From Gemmatimonadota bacterium (GTDB lineage Bacteria > Latescibacterota > UBA2968 > UBA8231), in NCBI GenBank assembly GCA_038153405.1, contig JAYOYH010000029.1, forward strand, positions 1 through 56,611: a DNA stretch of 56,611 nt, in the 5' to 3' direction. This document shows, one piece after another, positions 1 to 9,696 of the stretch. The position numbers were made by a program, and so were the translations under genes. The stretch's first letter is position 1. The number at the start of each line of letters is the position of its first letter. The notes beneath the pieces are model-generated. The model was not told the DNA's origin and ran no database searches. It worked only from the letters and a program-made list of their open reading frames with translations.

Positions 1-34
1 TGTGTCCCCAGTTCAATTCTGGGAGGAGCCACCA
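1..34 (+). tRNA. 3' half of a tRNA, probably tRNA-Phe (anticodon lies outside the window)
   Basis: T-arm CCCAG-TTCAATT-CTGGG, acceptor 3' strand AGGAGCC, discriminator A and encoded CCA. The variable-loop TGTGTC and A73 resemble bacterial tRNA-Phe, so the identity is inferred. Confidence 0.8.
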
Positions 35-43
35 TCTAATTAT

Positions 44-88
44 AAACAGGGACTTGGTGCACACAAGCACCGAGTCCCTGTTTTTTTT
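44..88 (+). terminator. Rho-independent terminator after the tRNA
   Basis: AAACAGGGACTTGGTGC-acacaa-GCACCGAGTCCCTGTTT hairpin running into a T8 tract. Confidence 0.9.
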
Positions 89-246
89 GCAATGCACATA
101 AAATAGCGCACGGGCACGAAAAATAACCATACAAATCACATAGCCCACGACTTGGGCAACTCGACTCACCGCGATTTTCTTTCTTATCTTATGCCCCGTC
201 CGAGCGATGACGCAACGCAGCCATACACTCTGCTGAGGTATACGCT

Positions 247-1020
247 ATGACCCAAAAAAAACGCATTCTCGTAACGGGCGCTGCCGGCAGCGTCGGCGCT
301 GCGCTGTATACGGCCTGGGAAGCGGAGCGACGCTACGAGTTAACGCTCTGCGATCTGCGCCTTCCCGCCAGCAAAATATCGCGCGCTCAAGTGGCCGATG
401 TACGCCACTACGAGCAGATGCAGACACTTTGTCAGGACCAAGACGTGCTGGTTCATCTAGCCTACGTGCCGCAGCGCCACCTGGGAAAAGAAGCGGGCGA
501 AGTGTCCGATATCGGCGCCTCGATATTGCTCTTTGAAGCAGCGCGCGAAGCCGGCATCGGCAAAATTGTGCTGGCCAGTACCAACCACGTCACCGGTGTC
601 AACGAACGCCACGTGCCAGCGCGCCTATCCACGGGCGACCAGTTTCGCCCAGACGGCTGGTACGGCGCCATGAAAGGCATGGCCGAAATAGCCGGCCGCC
701 ACCTAGTGGAAAACTGTGCGATGCGCTTTATCTCTATTCGCATCGGCTCCTTTACCGGCCGCGATACAGCCGACAGCCTGCGCACCTGCAGCACTCTGCT
801 GACGCCGCGCGACTGCGTGCAGCTCTTTACGCTCGCCGTCGACTACGAGGGTCCTGAACGCTACCTAATTACCTACGGCACCTCCGGCAATTACAGCACG
901 CACCACCCCGGATTTCTCGACATCAGCGCGGCCGTTGACGTGCTCGGCTATCAACCGCAGGACAATGCGCTGCGCGACTTTGGCGCCGCACAGCTGCCGC
1001 ACATGCAAAAAAATCAGTAA
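247..1020 (+). CDS. NAD(P)-dependent epimerase/dehydrogenase (extended SDR, uronate-dehydrogenase-like)
   Basis: VTGAAGSVG Rossmann motif, ASTNH, YGAMK (YxxxK), RIGS. Confidence 0.85.
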   Translation: MTQKKRILVTGAAGSVGAALYTAWEAERRYELTLCDLRLPASKISRAQVADVRHYEQMQTLCQDQDVLVHLAYVPQRHLGKEAGEVSDIGASILLFEAAREAGIGKIVLASTNHVTGVNERHVPARLSTGDQFRPDGWYGAMKGMAEIAGRHLVENCAMRFISIRIGSFTGRDTADSLRTCSTLLTPRDCVQLFTLAVDYEGPERYLITYGTSGNYSTHHPGFLDISAAVDVLGYQPQDNALRDFGAAQLPHMQKNQ

Positions 1021-1029
1021 CATGCCCCG

Positions 1030-2220
1030 TTAGTCTTTGTAGGGATCGAACTCGTCGTCGCCGGCCATGCACACGCCAATGGGCATCAGCGTATGCTCAA
1101 TGGCGATACTGTCGGCGTGGTGCTGCAGAACCTCGTTCAAGCGTTTGTAGACGTGCGGACTCTCATCGCTACCGGCACCGCGCAACTCGACTCCGTTGAA
1201 GTGGCGAATCCACTCCTCCATCATAGCGCGCGAAATTCTTCCCTCTGTGCGCTGAACCAACCTGCCTTTTTTCCAGCGCCGCTTGCCGGCTGCTGCCGTG
1301 CGCGACATAACGCGGCCTGCTCCGTGCACAGTCGAATAGAGACTAGCGCTGGCCTCTTCGGCATCGCATCCACGAATAATGACCGAACTATCGCCCATCG
1401 ATCCACCTATAAAGCTGCGCTGACCGGGAAAGCACGGCGTAGCTCCCTTGCGCACGACCCACAATTCGCGATCGCCGTGCCGCTCGCGCCAGGCAAAGTT
1501 GTGGTGATTGTGGACGCTGTCGACGATGTGCGCACCCAGTATCGCCGCGACTTTTGTGCACACCCAGTCCCGTCCCGCATAGGCATAGCGACCAGCCAGG
1601 TGCATACAGGCCAAGTATTGGCGTCCCAAGTCCGAGTCGGCGCGCAGTCGCACGGGTTCGACCATCATGCCGTCGCACCCACCGCCGGCGCGGATAAAGT
1701 GGGAGGCCAGCTTGTGTCCCAACCCGCGCGAGCCAAAGTGCACGCCGCACCATACGCGCTCCTGCTCATCGATAAAGAGGTCGACGTAGTGATTGCCCGA
1801 GCCCACTGTACCCAGCTGCCGGCGCGCCATATCTTTCAGCGCAGCCGCCGCTTCAATATCCCACGCCGGATCGTCGTCAAATAGATCGGCCTCGACAACT
1901 TCCCTGTTGGTACGGCCCATGCCAAAGGAAATCTGTCGCTGAATATCGTCCATGATAAGCGCAATGCGCCCCTTTACGTCGGCTGCATCGGCGTCGAGCA
2001 GCACCGCCTTATTGCCGCAGGCGATGTCAAAACCCACGCCCGACGGAGAGATGTCGTCTTCGTAGGCGACCACTCCGCCGATCGGAACGGCATATCCCAG
2101 GTGATGATCGGCCATGAGCGCCACGTGCGCGGCCGAGCGCGCGCAGGTCTGCATTTGTTCGACGGCTCCCGCATCGGGTTCACCCCAAACCGGTATATCG
2201 CCAATATATCTATACGTCAT
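1030..2220 (-). CDS. rtcB: RtcB family RNA ligase
   Basis: GFDIACG, GSGNHY, VHFGSRG, HNHHNFA, RKGA, STVHGAGR and DESPHVYK: metal ligands and the guanylylated His are all present. Confidence 0.95.
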   Translation of the reverse strand: MTYRYIGDIPVWGEPDAGAVEQMQTCARSAAHVALMADHHLGYAVPIGGVVAYEDDISPSGVGFDIACGNKAVLLDADAADVKGRIALIMDDIQRQISFGMGRTNREVVEADLFDDDPAWDIEAAAALKDMARRQLGTVGSGNHYVDLFIDEQERVWCGVHFGSRGLGHKLASHFIRAGGGCDGMMVEPVRLRADSDLGRQYLACMHLAGRYAYAGRDWVCTKVAAILGAHIVDSVHNHHNFAWRERHGDRELWVVRKGATPCFPGQRSFIGGSMGDSSVIIRGCDAEEASASLYSTVHGAGRVMSRTAAAGKRRWKKGRLVQRTEGRISRAMMEEWIRHFNGVELRGAGSDESPHVYKRLNEVLQHHADSIAIEHTLMPIGVCMAGDDEFDPYKD

Positions 2221-2251
2221 GGAACATGCGGCACGATCAAGAGCAACCTAC

Positions 2252-3646
2252 CTATTCGCCTATTGTTTCTGCGGCAAAGTAGCGCTGTAGCAGCGCTTCC
2301 GGCGGCCATACACCCAGCGTTTGCAAAGTGCTGCGCCAAGCAAATTCGTCGAGCAGCTGTTCCATCTCCGCTCTGCTTTTGCGCGCGGCCAGCCGAGTCG
2401 CTGCACTGGCAAAGGCGCTGACCAATTGGGCATTGATGGCGGCGCACTCCGTCAGGCCGGTGGCGTAGACCTTATCGGCCGTATCGGCACGCGTGTGCAC
2501 GTAGCGACCGGCGTCCGGATCGACCAATTCGCAGCCTATGGCGACCGTCGGCACTCCGCCAGCCCAGAATGGAAAGTGGTCAGAGGCCCACCCCGGATTG
2601 CCAACGACTACCTCCAGCGGCCCTTCCACTCCTTCCACGCGCGCGCGCTGGGCAACGCCTTCAAGCAGCGGAACCAATTCGGTAAAACCTGCGCTAATCA
2701 GGCGCACGGGGCGCCCTCCCACGTCGTTGTTGATCATGAGTATCGCATCGTCCATTTCGGCGATGTGCTGATGTGCGTAGGCCCATGAACCAACCAGCCC
2801 GAGTTCCTCGACGCCAAAGAAAATAAAGCGCACGCCGCGCGCTAGCTGTGCTTTATGACGAGCCAGACCGCGCGCCGCTTCTAATACGGCTACCACGCCG
2901 GTGGCATTGTCTACGGCGCCGCTGCCCACGTGCCACGAGTCGTAGTGACCGCCCAGCGCAATATACTCTTTGCTCTGCCCGGTGCCGTGCAGCGTGCCGA
3001 CTACGTTCCACGAAGTCCGCCGTTTGGACGTGCTGTGCAGCGAAAGCGCTACGCGCACGGGGCCCTTGCGCAGGGCTATACGCTGTAAGTACGCCGCATC
3101 TTCGCGGCTGATAGACGCAGTGGGAATCGCACCTACGCGATTAAATGCACAGGTGCGCGCCGGCTGCAAACCCCCTGCGGTGCTGCGCGACTCGAGCAGC
3201 CCGACCGCACCCGCGCTAGCGGCCAACGGCATTTTTAATTGGCGTGGCACTGGATGATAGGGCGCGACGACAATGCGGCCGCAGATCTCCGCCCGCCGCT
3301 GCGATACTTCTTCGGCATCGCAGCGCTGCAGGAAAACGAGCTCTGCGCACAGACCTCGTGCCGCAGGAGACAAACCGGCGCAGCGGCAGGCGATCGCGCG
3401 CTGCACGGGTGCGACGACCTGCAGTTGCTCCTCCGTGCAGTCCCATCCCCTATAGGGAAAGGATTCCATCTCTACTTCATCGACCCCGTACCGACGCAGC
3501 GTGTCGGCGAGAAAGTCGCGCGCTGCCAACTCACCTGCACTGCCAGCCAACCGGCTGCCGATGTCATCGGCCAATACCTGCATATTTTCCCACGCCTCTG
3601 AAGCGGAGAATATTTCGCCTGTTACAGCCCCTTCCAATTCGCTCAT
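2252..3646 (-). CDS. M28 family metallopeptidase with PA domain (carboxypeptidase Q-like)
   Basis: GGHYDSW, GAVDNATG, GVEELGLVGS, SDHFPF, YVHTRADT. Start set at MSELEG (GAGG upstream); the ORF extends to 3679. Confidence 0.9.
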   Translation of the reverse strand: MSELEGAVTGEIFSASEAWENMQVLADDIGSRLAGSAGELAARDFLADTLRRYGVDEVEMESFPYRGWDCTEEQLQVVAPVQRAIACRCAGLSPAARGLCAELVFLQRCDAEEVSQRRAEICGRIVVAPYHPVPRQLKMPLAASAGAVGLLESRSTAGGLQPARTCAFNRVGAIPTASISREDAAYLQRIALRKGPVRVALSLHSTSKRRTSWNVVGTLHGTGQSKEYIALGGHYDSWHVGSGAVDNATGVVAVLEAARGLARHKAQLARGVRFIFFGVEELGLVGSWAYAHQHIAEMDDAILMINNDVGGRPVRLISAGFTELVPLLEGVAQRARVEGVEGPLEVVVGNPGWASDHFPFWAGGVPTVAIGCELVDPDAGRYVHTRADTADKVYATGLTECAAINAQLVSAFASAATRLAARKSRAEMEQLLDEFAWRSTLQTLGVWPPEALLQRYFAAETIGE

Positions 3647-3735
3647 CGCACAAACCGCCTCGCCCAATAAGCTTGACATAGACCAGTTTTTAAAGGTATA
3701 TAATAGAACGAACTATCGATGAAAGATGATTGGCC

Positions 3736-4062
3736 ATGATCCGCCCAATCGACCTACAAGATAATTTCTCCAAGGCCCCCATGGCGGCGCGCGAGCAGCA
3801 CCTGCAGCAGACGCGCCCCGATATGGCTCAGCACAATATTGCTCGGCAGCAAGACCAAGATCACATCTTGGACCACAGCCGGGTGCGCCCCAGTGAAAAT
3901 GCCGATGCAAGCGAAAACCGCTTGGACGACCACGAGGGCCGTCAGCGCCGAGGAGCGCAGCACCAGCAGCGCACAGACGCTGCTTCAGACCCGAAAGACG
4001 ATGAGCAAGCCCCACCTAAACAACAATTAAAAGGCGCCCTTTATATTGACATAACCGTATAG
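3736..4062 (+). CDS. Small hydrophilic conserved hypothetical protein (IRPIDLQ ... KGxxIDI)
   Basis: Clean ORF between an AT-rich promoter region and a terminator. The N- and C-terminal motifs resemble small proteins seen near flagellar genes. Confidence 0.75.
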   Translation: MIRPIDLQDNFSKAPMAAREQHLQQTRPDMAQHNIARQQDQDHILDHSRVRPSENADASENRLDDHEGRQRRGAQHQQRTDAASDPKDDEQAPPKQQLKGALYIDITV

Positions 4063-4102
4063 AAAAGCCCCGGCAGTGCCTGCCGGGGCTTTTCTATACG
4101 GT
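4054..4102. terminator. Bidirectional intrinsic terminator
   Basis: Perfect 23-bp inverted repeat ACCGTATAGAAAAGCCCCGGCAG-tgc-CTGCCGGGGCTTTTCTATACGGT between convergent genes. Confidence 0.9.
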
Positions 4103-4110
4103 GGTGACGA

Positions 4111-4656
4111 CTATTCGTCGTCGTCGTCGTCGTATTCGTCGTCGTCGTCTTCATCCCCGTCATCCGCATCGCTGTAATCGTCTTCCCCTTCCAAGATGGA
4201 AATGCGCCGCTGCAGCGCATCGTTGCGCTGGTTGGTGGCAGAGAGGCGCTCGCAGAGCAGCTCGACGATGTTTTTCATAATGCGCATATACATACCGGCA
4301 TTCGACGCGAGCACGGCGTCGAGATTTTTCTTGCTAATAACCACGGCAACCGACGGCTCTATGGCGGATATATTGGCCGAGCGCGGCTGATCGGTCAGCA
4401 CGCCCATTTCACCCGTTGGCGACCCGGGCAGAATCTCGCCGAGCTGGTCTCCACCGGCCGTGGTAACCAATAGGCGTCCACGCAGCAGAACGAGCATCTC
4501 ATCGCTGGGAGCACCGACGACGTATATGCGCTTACCCGCTTCGTATTGATGCGACGAGGCTACGCGCAGTATGCGCTGGATATGCTCTATCTCCAGCCCT
4601 TTAAAAACGCCGATCTTGCGCATGACCATCATTAATTGATGCTGTTGTTTATTCAT
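4111..4656 (-). CDS. Cyclic-nucleotide-binding domain protein with acidic tail
   Basis: VFKGL..., LLRGRL, GEMGVLTDQPRSANISA phosphate-binding cassette; no CRP HTH; poly-Asp/Glu C-terminus. Confidence 0.85.
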   Translation of the reverse strand: MNKQQHQLMMVMRKIGVFKGLEIEHIQRILRVASSHQYEAGKRIYVVGAPSDEMLVLLRGRLLVTTAGGDQLGEILPGSPTGEMGVLTDQPRSANISAIEPSVAVVISKKNLDAVLASNAGMYMRIMKNIVELLCERLSATNQRNDALQRRISILEGEDDYSDADDGDEDDDDEYDDDDDE

Positions 4657-4690
4657 CGTTCATAACCTTTCCGGCGCGGTAACGCAGCGA

Positions 4691-7594
4691 TTATAGCACC
4701 CTGAGCTTATGCAGAAAATCGCCGCGTTTTGCGTTGGCTACATCAATAGCTTCTTCAGACCCCAGCACGGCTATTACACCTTGTTCGGCCACTCGATCGA
4801 GCACGTCGGCAAATGCATGGAAATCGTCGGCGCTCGTTGCCAGGACTTCGTCTCTTATGCGCTGGCGATACGCATCGTCGACACCCGTCAGACAGCGCAT
4901 CATGGAAGTATAACCCTTGGCGTCTGGCAGCTGGTAGGAGTCGAGGTCGCCTATCGTGCCGATGATCGCCTTGCTCAACTCGTCGCCGTTGACGTCAAGC
5001 GCGCGCAGAAACGAACCGCTCCCATCGTAGTTTTCCAGCGTATCCAATATATTTGGATCTCTGTACGAGGCGTAGGACAGGACGCCAGACATAGAGTCAA
5101 AAGCACAGAATGCCCCGTAGGCCCCTCCCTGCACGCGGATGCGATCCCACAGCCAACTCGCACCTAAGTAGCGGGAAATAACGGTAGCCGACCCGTGCAG
5201 CTCATAGCCCAGATCGTAGAGATTAGCGGCCTTGCCGACGTAGTTGACCTGTGCGGGAATGAGCAATCCCTCGTCGCCCTCGCGCTGGCCGCACTCCCAC
5301 TGCTGGGTGGCGCCGCCGGCCGCGGGTAGCGCGGCCAGTAGCCGCGCTAGTTCGCCGTCGAAAATGGGGCGATCATCGGCGCTGAGCGTGGCATTGCACA
5401 ACGCACCAGCGCGGTTAAAAATAAGGGCACGCATCTCTTGCAAACGCCGCTGTACAGAAGGCCAATCGCTTTCGATTTCGCCAATCAACTCGCGCAGAAA
5501 GAACAGGTAATCGACGCCGCGCATCTGCTCCGATATCCAAGATGCGCGATCAAAGCGCGAGCGCAGGCGCAGCGACACCACGCGGTGGCCGCCGGGCACT
5601 AGACCCGATTCCTCACCCGCCTTTTCCTCCAGCGCCATCTGCATAAAGCGCGCGCGGTCATCAAGGCGTCCCTTGAGCAGCACATCGCGCACCACGTCTA
5701 TAAGTTCAGCCGTGCGCGCGACGGTCGACTTCCCACGCAAGAAGAGCAGGGCGTGCGTTTCGTCGCTACCGCGGTGGCCGCTGATTATGGGCTGGGCCCA
5801 CAGCCCACCCGTCTGTGCACCAATGCGCTGCTGCAGTTGTACGAAGGTTTCGTCTTCTGTCCCCATCTCGAGAAGGGCACGGCCGAAGAGCGGAACATAG
5901 GGCAGGTACTCCTGCGGCAGCGCGCCCAGATCAAAACCCAGGTCGAGGTAGCCAATGCCATTGGTAAATAGATCGTGGTGCAGCGTGCGCACACCTTCAA
6001 CTGCTGCGTCTTCGACGGGGATCGTCGCAACCTCCGCGCGCAGGTCACTCAGCGCCAGGCGCGGCAGTTTGGCCAGGTCACCCGGATCGTCCGGTCGCTC
6101 CTGTGCCTCCTTCAGCGCGCGCGCAGTTGCGGCGACCTGTGCTACTTCGTCTTCGTCCATATCCGCGCGAACTGCAGCTAGGCGCTCGTGTTCTGCGCGC
6201 TCTTGGCGCGCGCCCTCGTCGTCGTCGGGACGCAGTACCACCGTCGTGCGATGTTCGTTGTCGAGCAAGTGGCGGCGCAGCAGGTCGGGCAAAAAGCGCT
6301 CGTCGCTCTCGATGCGCTGGCGCAGACGGCTTAGCGAACCTTCAAAGCGCAGCGCCTCCAGCGGATCGCGATCGTAGAGCCAGTGCGCCAGGCTGCGCAG
6401 CATCAGCGCCAAACCGCGCGGATAGGAACCCGTATTGTTCTCGCGCAGGCGAAACTCGGCCGTATTCAACGAAGCGGATACCATACCCATATCGACGCCG
6501 TCGCGTTCGATGCCTTCGAGCGTTTCGATGACGAGCGCCGCAACTCGTTCGACGTCCTCTTCGCGCACGCCCTTTAGGCCGGCGCCAAAGAACAGCTCTT
6601 TCATTTCGGTTTCCAACCCACTGCCCGTCACGTCTTCTCCCAAACCCGAATCAATCAGCGCCTTGCGCAGGGCCGAGGCCGGCGTTCCCAACAGCACGTG
6701 GTCGAGAATCTGCAGCGCGCGCCGCTCGTCTAAGTCGATATCTTCCGGCAGCAACCAATTGACGGTAACAAAGCACTTGCTCTGTTCTCCGTCGCTGGCA
6801 TAGACGTGTTCCAGCAATCGCGGTTCTGAAAAACGCGGTTGCCGACCGATCTCCGACTCAATGGAACGCGGTTCAAAATCACTCAAATACTCTTCCAAAA
6901 GCACCAAGCGCCGATCGACATCGTCATCGCCGTAAAAGAAAATGCGCGCGTTGCTAGGATGATAAAAGTCGCGGTGAAATCGCTCAAACTGCTCAAAGCT
7001 CAGGTCGGGAATAGCGCGCGGATGCCCTCCCGACTCCACTCCGTAAGTAGTATCCGGAAAGAGCGACTGCTGGGCGTATTCGGCTGCCACGCGCTCGGGA
7101 TCGGAATAGGCTCCCTTCATCTCGTTAAACACCACACCCTTGTAGCTGAGCTTGGCGCCGTCTTCCTCCACCTCGTAATGCCAGCCTTCTTGCTGCAGCA
7201 CTTCCGGCGTAATGCGCGGATAGAAAACGGCATCCAAATAGACGTCTACCAGGTTGTAAAAATCCTTCAAATTGGTGCTGGCGACCGGGTAGCACGTTTT
7301 GTCCGGATAGGTAAAGGCGTTGAGAAACGTGTTGAGCGATCCCTTGATCAGCTCAACAAAGGGCTCTTTAACCGGATATTTGCGCGAGCCGCACAGCACG
7401 GAGTGCTCTAAGATATGCGCCACGCCCGTCGAGTCGCTCGGCGGGGTGCGGAAATTTATTCCGAATACCTTGTTCTCGTCGTCATTGGCCATTGAGAGCA
7501 GTTCGGCTCCCGTGCGGTGCCTGTACAAACGAGCCTGCGCGTTGAGTTCGCCTATATACTCGTCGCGCAGCAGTTCAAACTGATGTTCTGGCAT
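4691..7594 (-). CDS. M16C metallopeptidase (presequence protease/PreP-like)
   Basis: Inverted zinc motif HILEHSVLCGSRKYP, NAFTYPDKTCYP, RVQGGAYG, SYRDP. Start MPEHQ has a GAGG RBS. Confidence 0.95.
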   Translation of the reverse strand: MPEHQFELLRDEYIGELNAQARLYRHRTGAELLSMANDDENKVFGINFRTPPSDSTGVAHILEHSVLCGSRKYPVKEPFVELIKGSLNTFLNAFTYPDKTCYPVASTNLKDFYNLVDVYLDAVFYPRITPEVLQQEGWHYEVEEDGAKLSYKGVVFNEMKGAYSDPERVAAEYAQQSLFPDTTYGVESGGHPRAIPDLSFEQFERFHRDFYHPSNARIFFYGDDDVDRRLVLLEEYLSDFEPRSIESEIGRQPRFSEPRLLEHVYASDGEQSKCFVTVNWLLPEDIDLDERRALQILDHVLLGTPASALRKALIDSGLGEDVTGSGLETEMKELFFGAGLKGVREEDVERVAALVIETLEGIERDGVDMGMVSASLNTAEFRLRENNTGSYPRGLALMLRSLAHWLYDRDPLEALRFEGSLSRLRQRIESDERFLPDLLRRHLLDNEHRTTVVLRPDDDEGARQERAEHERLAAVRADMDEDEVAQVAATARALKEAQERPDDPGDLAKLPRLALSDLRAEVATIPVEDAAVEGVRTLHHDLFTNGIGYLDLGFDLGALPQEYLPYVPLFGRALLEMGTEDETFVQLQQRIGAQTGGLWAQPIISGHRGSDETHALLFLRGKSTVARTAELIDVVRDVLLKGRLDDRARFMQMALEEKAGEESGLVPGGHRVVSLRLRSRFDRASWISEQMRGVDYLFFLRELIGEIESDWPSVQRRLQEMRALIFNRAGALCNATLSADDRPIFDGELARLLAALPAAGGATQQWECGQREGDEGLLIPAQVNYVGKAANLYDLGYELHGSATVISRYLGASWLWDRIRVQGGAYGAFCAFDSMSGVLSYASYRDPNILDTLENYDGSGSFLRALDVNGDELSKAIIGTIGDLDSYQLPDAKGYTSMMRCLTGVDDAYRQRIRDEVLATSADDFHAFADVLDRVAEQGVIAVLGSEEAIDVANAKRGDFLHKLRVL

Positions 7595-7677
7595 ACCTAT
7601 CCTCTCTACCGGTAGACACATAAGATATATCGACACATATTGACAGACATCTATAAAAATGCGCTAAAATACTCAAA

Positions 7678-8523
7678 TTAGGTGGAGAGTGACCACACCG
7701 CTGCGGCCGTCTCACCGAGAATGCGATCCACATCGCGCGCGTTAAAAAACGGAATGCCCTCGCCGATGAGGCGCAGTTCGTCGGCCAGCGTGGGCCAACG
7801 GTGTTTGACGCGATGGTGCCCGGGATACCCGGTGCCCCACAGCGCGCGTCCACTGCCAAAGGCGTCGTAGAGCATGCGGATATAGGGATGTACATCCGCA
7901 TAGGGAAACGCCTCTTGCGAACGGCCGGCCACGTCGGAGATCTTGACGTACACGTGGTCGTGCTGCGCTAGATCGACAATCGGTTGATAGGCTTGGGGAC
8001 CGGCCTGCAAATCGGGATATCCCATATGATCTATCAGCAGTTTCATACGAGGGTAGCGCCGCGCAATTTCGTCGACCTGTGCCGTATCGCTAGGGCGCAT
8101 ATGGAATTGGACGATCGCCTCGCCAGCAGATAACTCTTCCCACAGGGCGCGGTTGGCATCGGCCACCAAAATCGACTCGTCCGGGTAGTACATGGGGTGC
8201 AGGCGAAAGCCGACCAGCCCGCGCTCGGCCAACCAATAGCGCGCCACCTCAGCATTGTTGGGGTCCTGCGGATCGATCAGCCCATGGCCGACAAAGCGAT
8301 TTGGAAAACGCGCCACCGAGTCGGCGATGTAGCCATTATCCCAGGTCGACCAACTCGTCTGTACGAGCACGGTCCAGTCAACGCTGTGCACATCCATTTC
8401 TGCCAGCAGTTCATCGGCTGTTCCTGGCTCGTCGGGCAGACTCTTCCAGCCCGGCGCCGTTGGACCAACGGGGTAACGCGGTGGATCAATTTCCCATACG
8501 TGCACGTGCGTATCGACTATCAT
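7678..8523 (-). CDS. Amidohydrolase_2 family protein (sugar lactonase-like)
   Basis: DTHVH, GFRLHP, IDHMG, LWGTGYP. Confidence 0.85.
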   Translation of the reverse strand: MIVDTHVHVWEIDPPRYPVGPTAPGWKSLPDEPGTADELLAEMDVHSVDWTVLVQTSWSTWDNGYIADSVARFPNRFVGHGLIDPQDPNNAEVARYWLAERGLVGFRLHPMYYPDESILVADANRALWEELSAGEAIVQFHMRPSDTAQVDEIARRYPRMKLLIDHMGYPDLQAGPQAYQPIVDLAQHDHVYVKISDVAGRSQEAFPYADVHPYIRMLYDAFGSGRALWGTGYPGHHRVKHRWPTLADELRLIGEGIPFFNARDVDRILGETAAAVWSLST

Positions 8524-8538
8524 CGGTTTCGTCCTCTC

Positions 8539-9696
8539 TTAAGGCAATGCGATTTTCCCCAACACGACGGCGCGGTGTGCACCCGTTGCCGCTGGCACAT
8601 TGCCGACTCTACCCATAATCGTTTCATTGGCCAAAACGGCAAAGCTGAGCGCCTCGCGCGCATCCGGATCGACACCCAACTCGGCCAGCGACTCCACCCG
8701 TGCTCCGTCCATCGCGCAGCGCAGGCGCTCCAGTAGGTGCGCATTGTGCACGCCGCCGCCGGCAACCCATACGGCGGAAACGGTCTGCGCAGCAGCGCGG
8801 CGAATGCCTTCGGCAATAGAGCGCGCACTGAACTCGGTTAGCGTGGCGATTAGATCGCTTTCGCCGCATGCACTGCTCTGTTCTATCTCGTCGAGAAACG
8901 CAGTGCCGAACTGTTCTCTGCCAGTGGACTTGGGCGGATCGCGGCGCAGGTAGGGATGCTGCATCAGCCGCTCGAGCAAGGCGCGATCGACCGTTCCCCG
9001 CGCCGCGCGCATGCCGCCGCGGTCAAAGCGCTCGCGCCCTTCCGTGGCGCGCTCTACGGCCGCATCGATCAGCATATTGCCGGGCCCCGTATCAAACGCG
9101 CAGACCTCTTGCGGGTGTGCTCCAGCGGGCACGATCGTCACATTGGCAATGCCGCCGATATTGAGCAATACGCGCTCATCTTCTTCGTCGCCAAAGAGCA
9201 GCCCGTCGGCCAGCGGCACGAGCGGTGCTCCCTGGCCGCCCACGGCCATATCGGCCGGGCGAAAATCTGCCACCGTGACGATTCCCGTGTGCTGGGCAAT
9301 AACCGACGCATCGCCAATTTGCAGCGTCGAGGGTGGATCGCCGTTGGGCAGGTGGCGGACCGTTTGTCCGTGTGAACCGATCAGGTCGATGTCGCCAGGC
9401 TTCATGCCAGCTCGATCAATCACCTGAAGCACCGCCTCGGCAAAGAGCGCACCTAGCTGCGCATTAACTTGGCACAGCGCGTCGATTCCGGCGCGGTCCT
9501 CGCACAGGTCGAGCACAGCAGCGCGCAGAGCCGCCGGTAGCGGCAGCGTTTCAAAGGCCAACACCCGGTGCCGCAGGGCCCTGCCGCAGCCGCGCAGTTC
9601 GGTGACCACCGCATCGATACCATCGGCCGATGTCCCCGAGATGAGACCGACCACTCTGCGGCACGCTTTGCCCGCGATTTCACTCAGTGCGTGCAC
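8539..9696 (-). CDS. anmK: Anhydro-N-acetylmuramic acid kinase
   Basis: GLISGTSADGID, SHGQT, DFR..D...GGQGAPL, NIGGIAN, DTGPGN, KSTGRE, GGG, REA. GTG start with AGGAAGG RBS. Confidence 0.95.
   Translation of the reverse strand: MHALSEIAGKACRRVVGLISGTSADGIDAVVTELRGCGRALRHRVLAFETLPLPAALRAAVLDLCEDRAGIDALCQVNAQLGALFAEAVLQVIDRAGMKPGDIDLIGSHGQTVRHLPNGDPPSTLQIGDASVIAQHTGIVTVADFRPADMAVGGQGAPLVPLADGLLFGDEEDERVLLNIGGIANVTIVPAGAHPQEVCAFDTGPGNMLIDAAVERATEGRERFDRGGMRAARGTVDRALLERLMQHPYLRRDPPKSTGREQFGTAFLDEIEQSSACGESDLIATLTEFSARSIAEGIRRAAAQTVSAVWVAGGGVHNAHLLERLRCAMDGARVESLAELGVDPDAREALSFAVLANETIMGRVGNVPAATGAHRAVVLGKIALP

Noticed and set aside
3673..3704. TTGACA…TATAAT perfect promoter
   Set aside because: The spacing is 20 nt. 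A promoter is likely in this AT-rich gap, but this exact pairing is unsupported.
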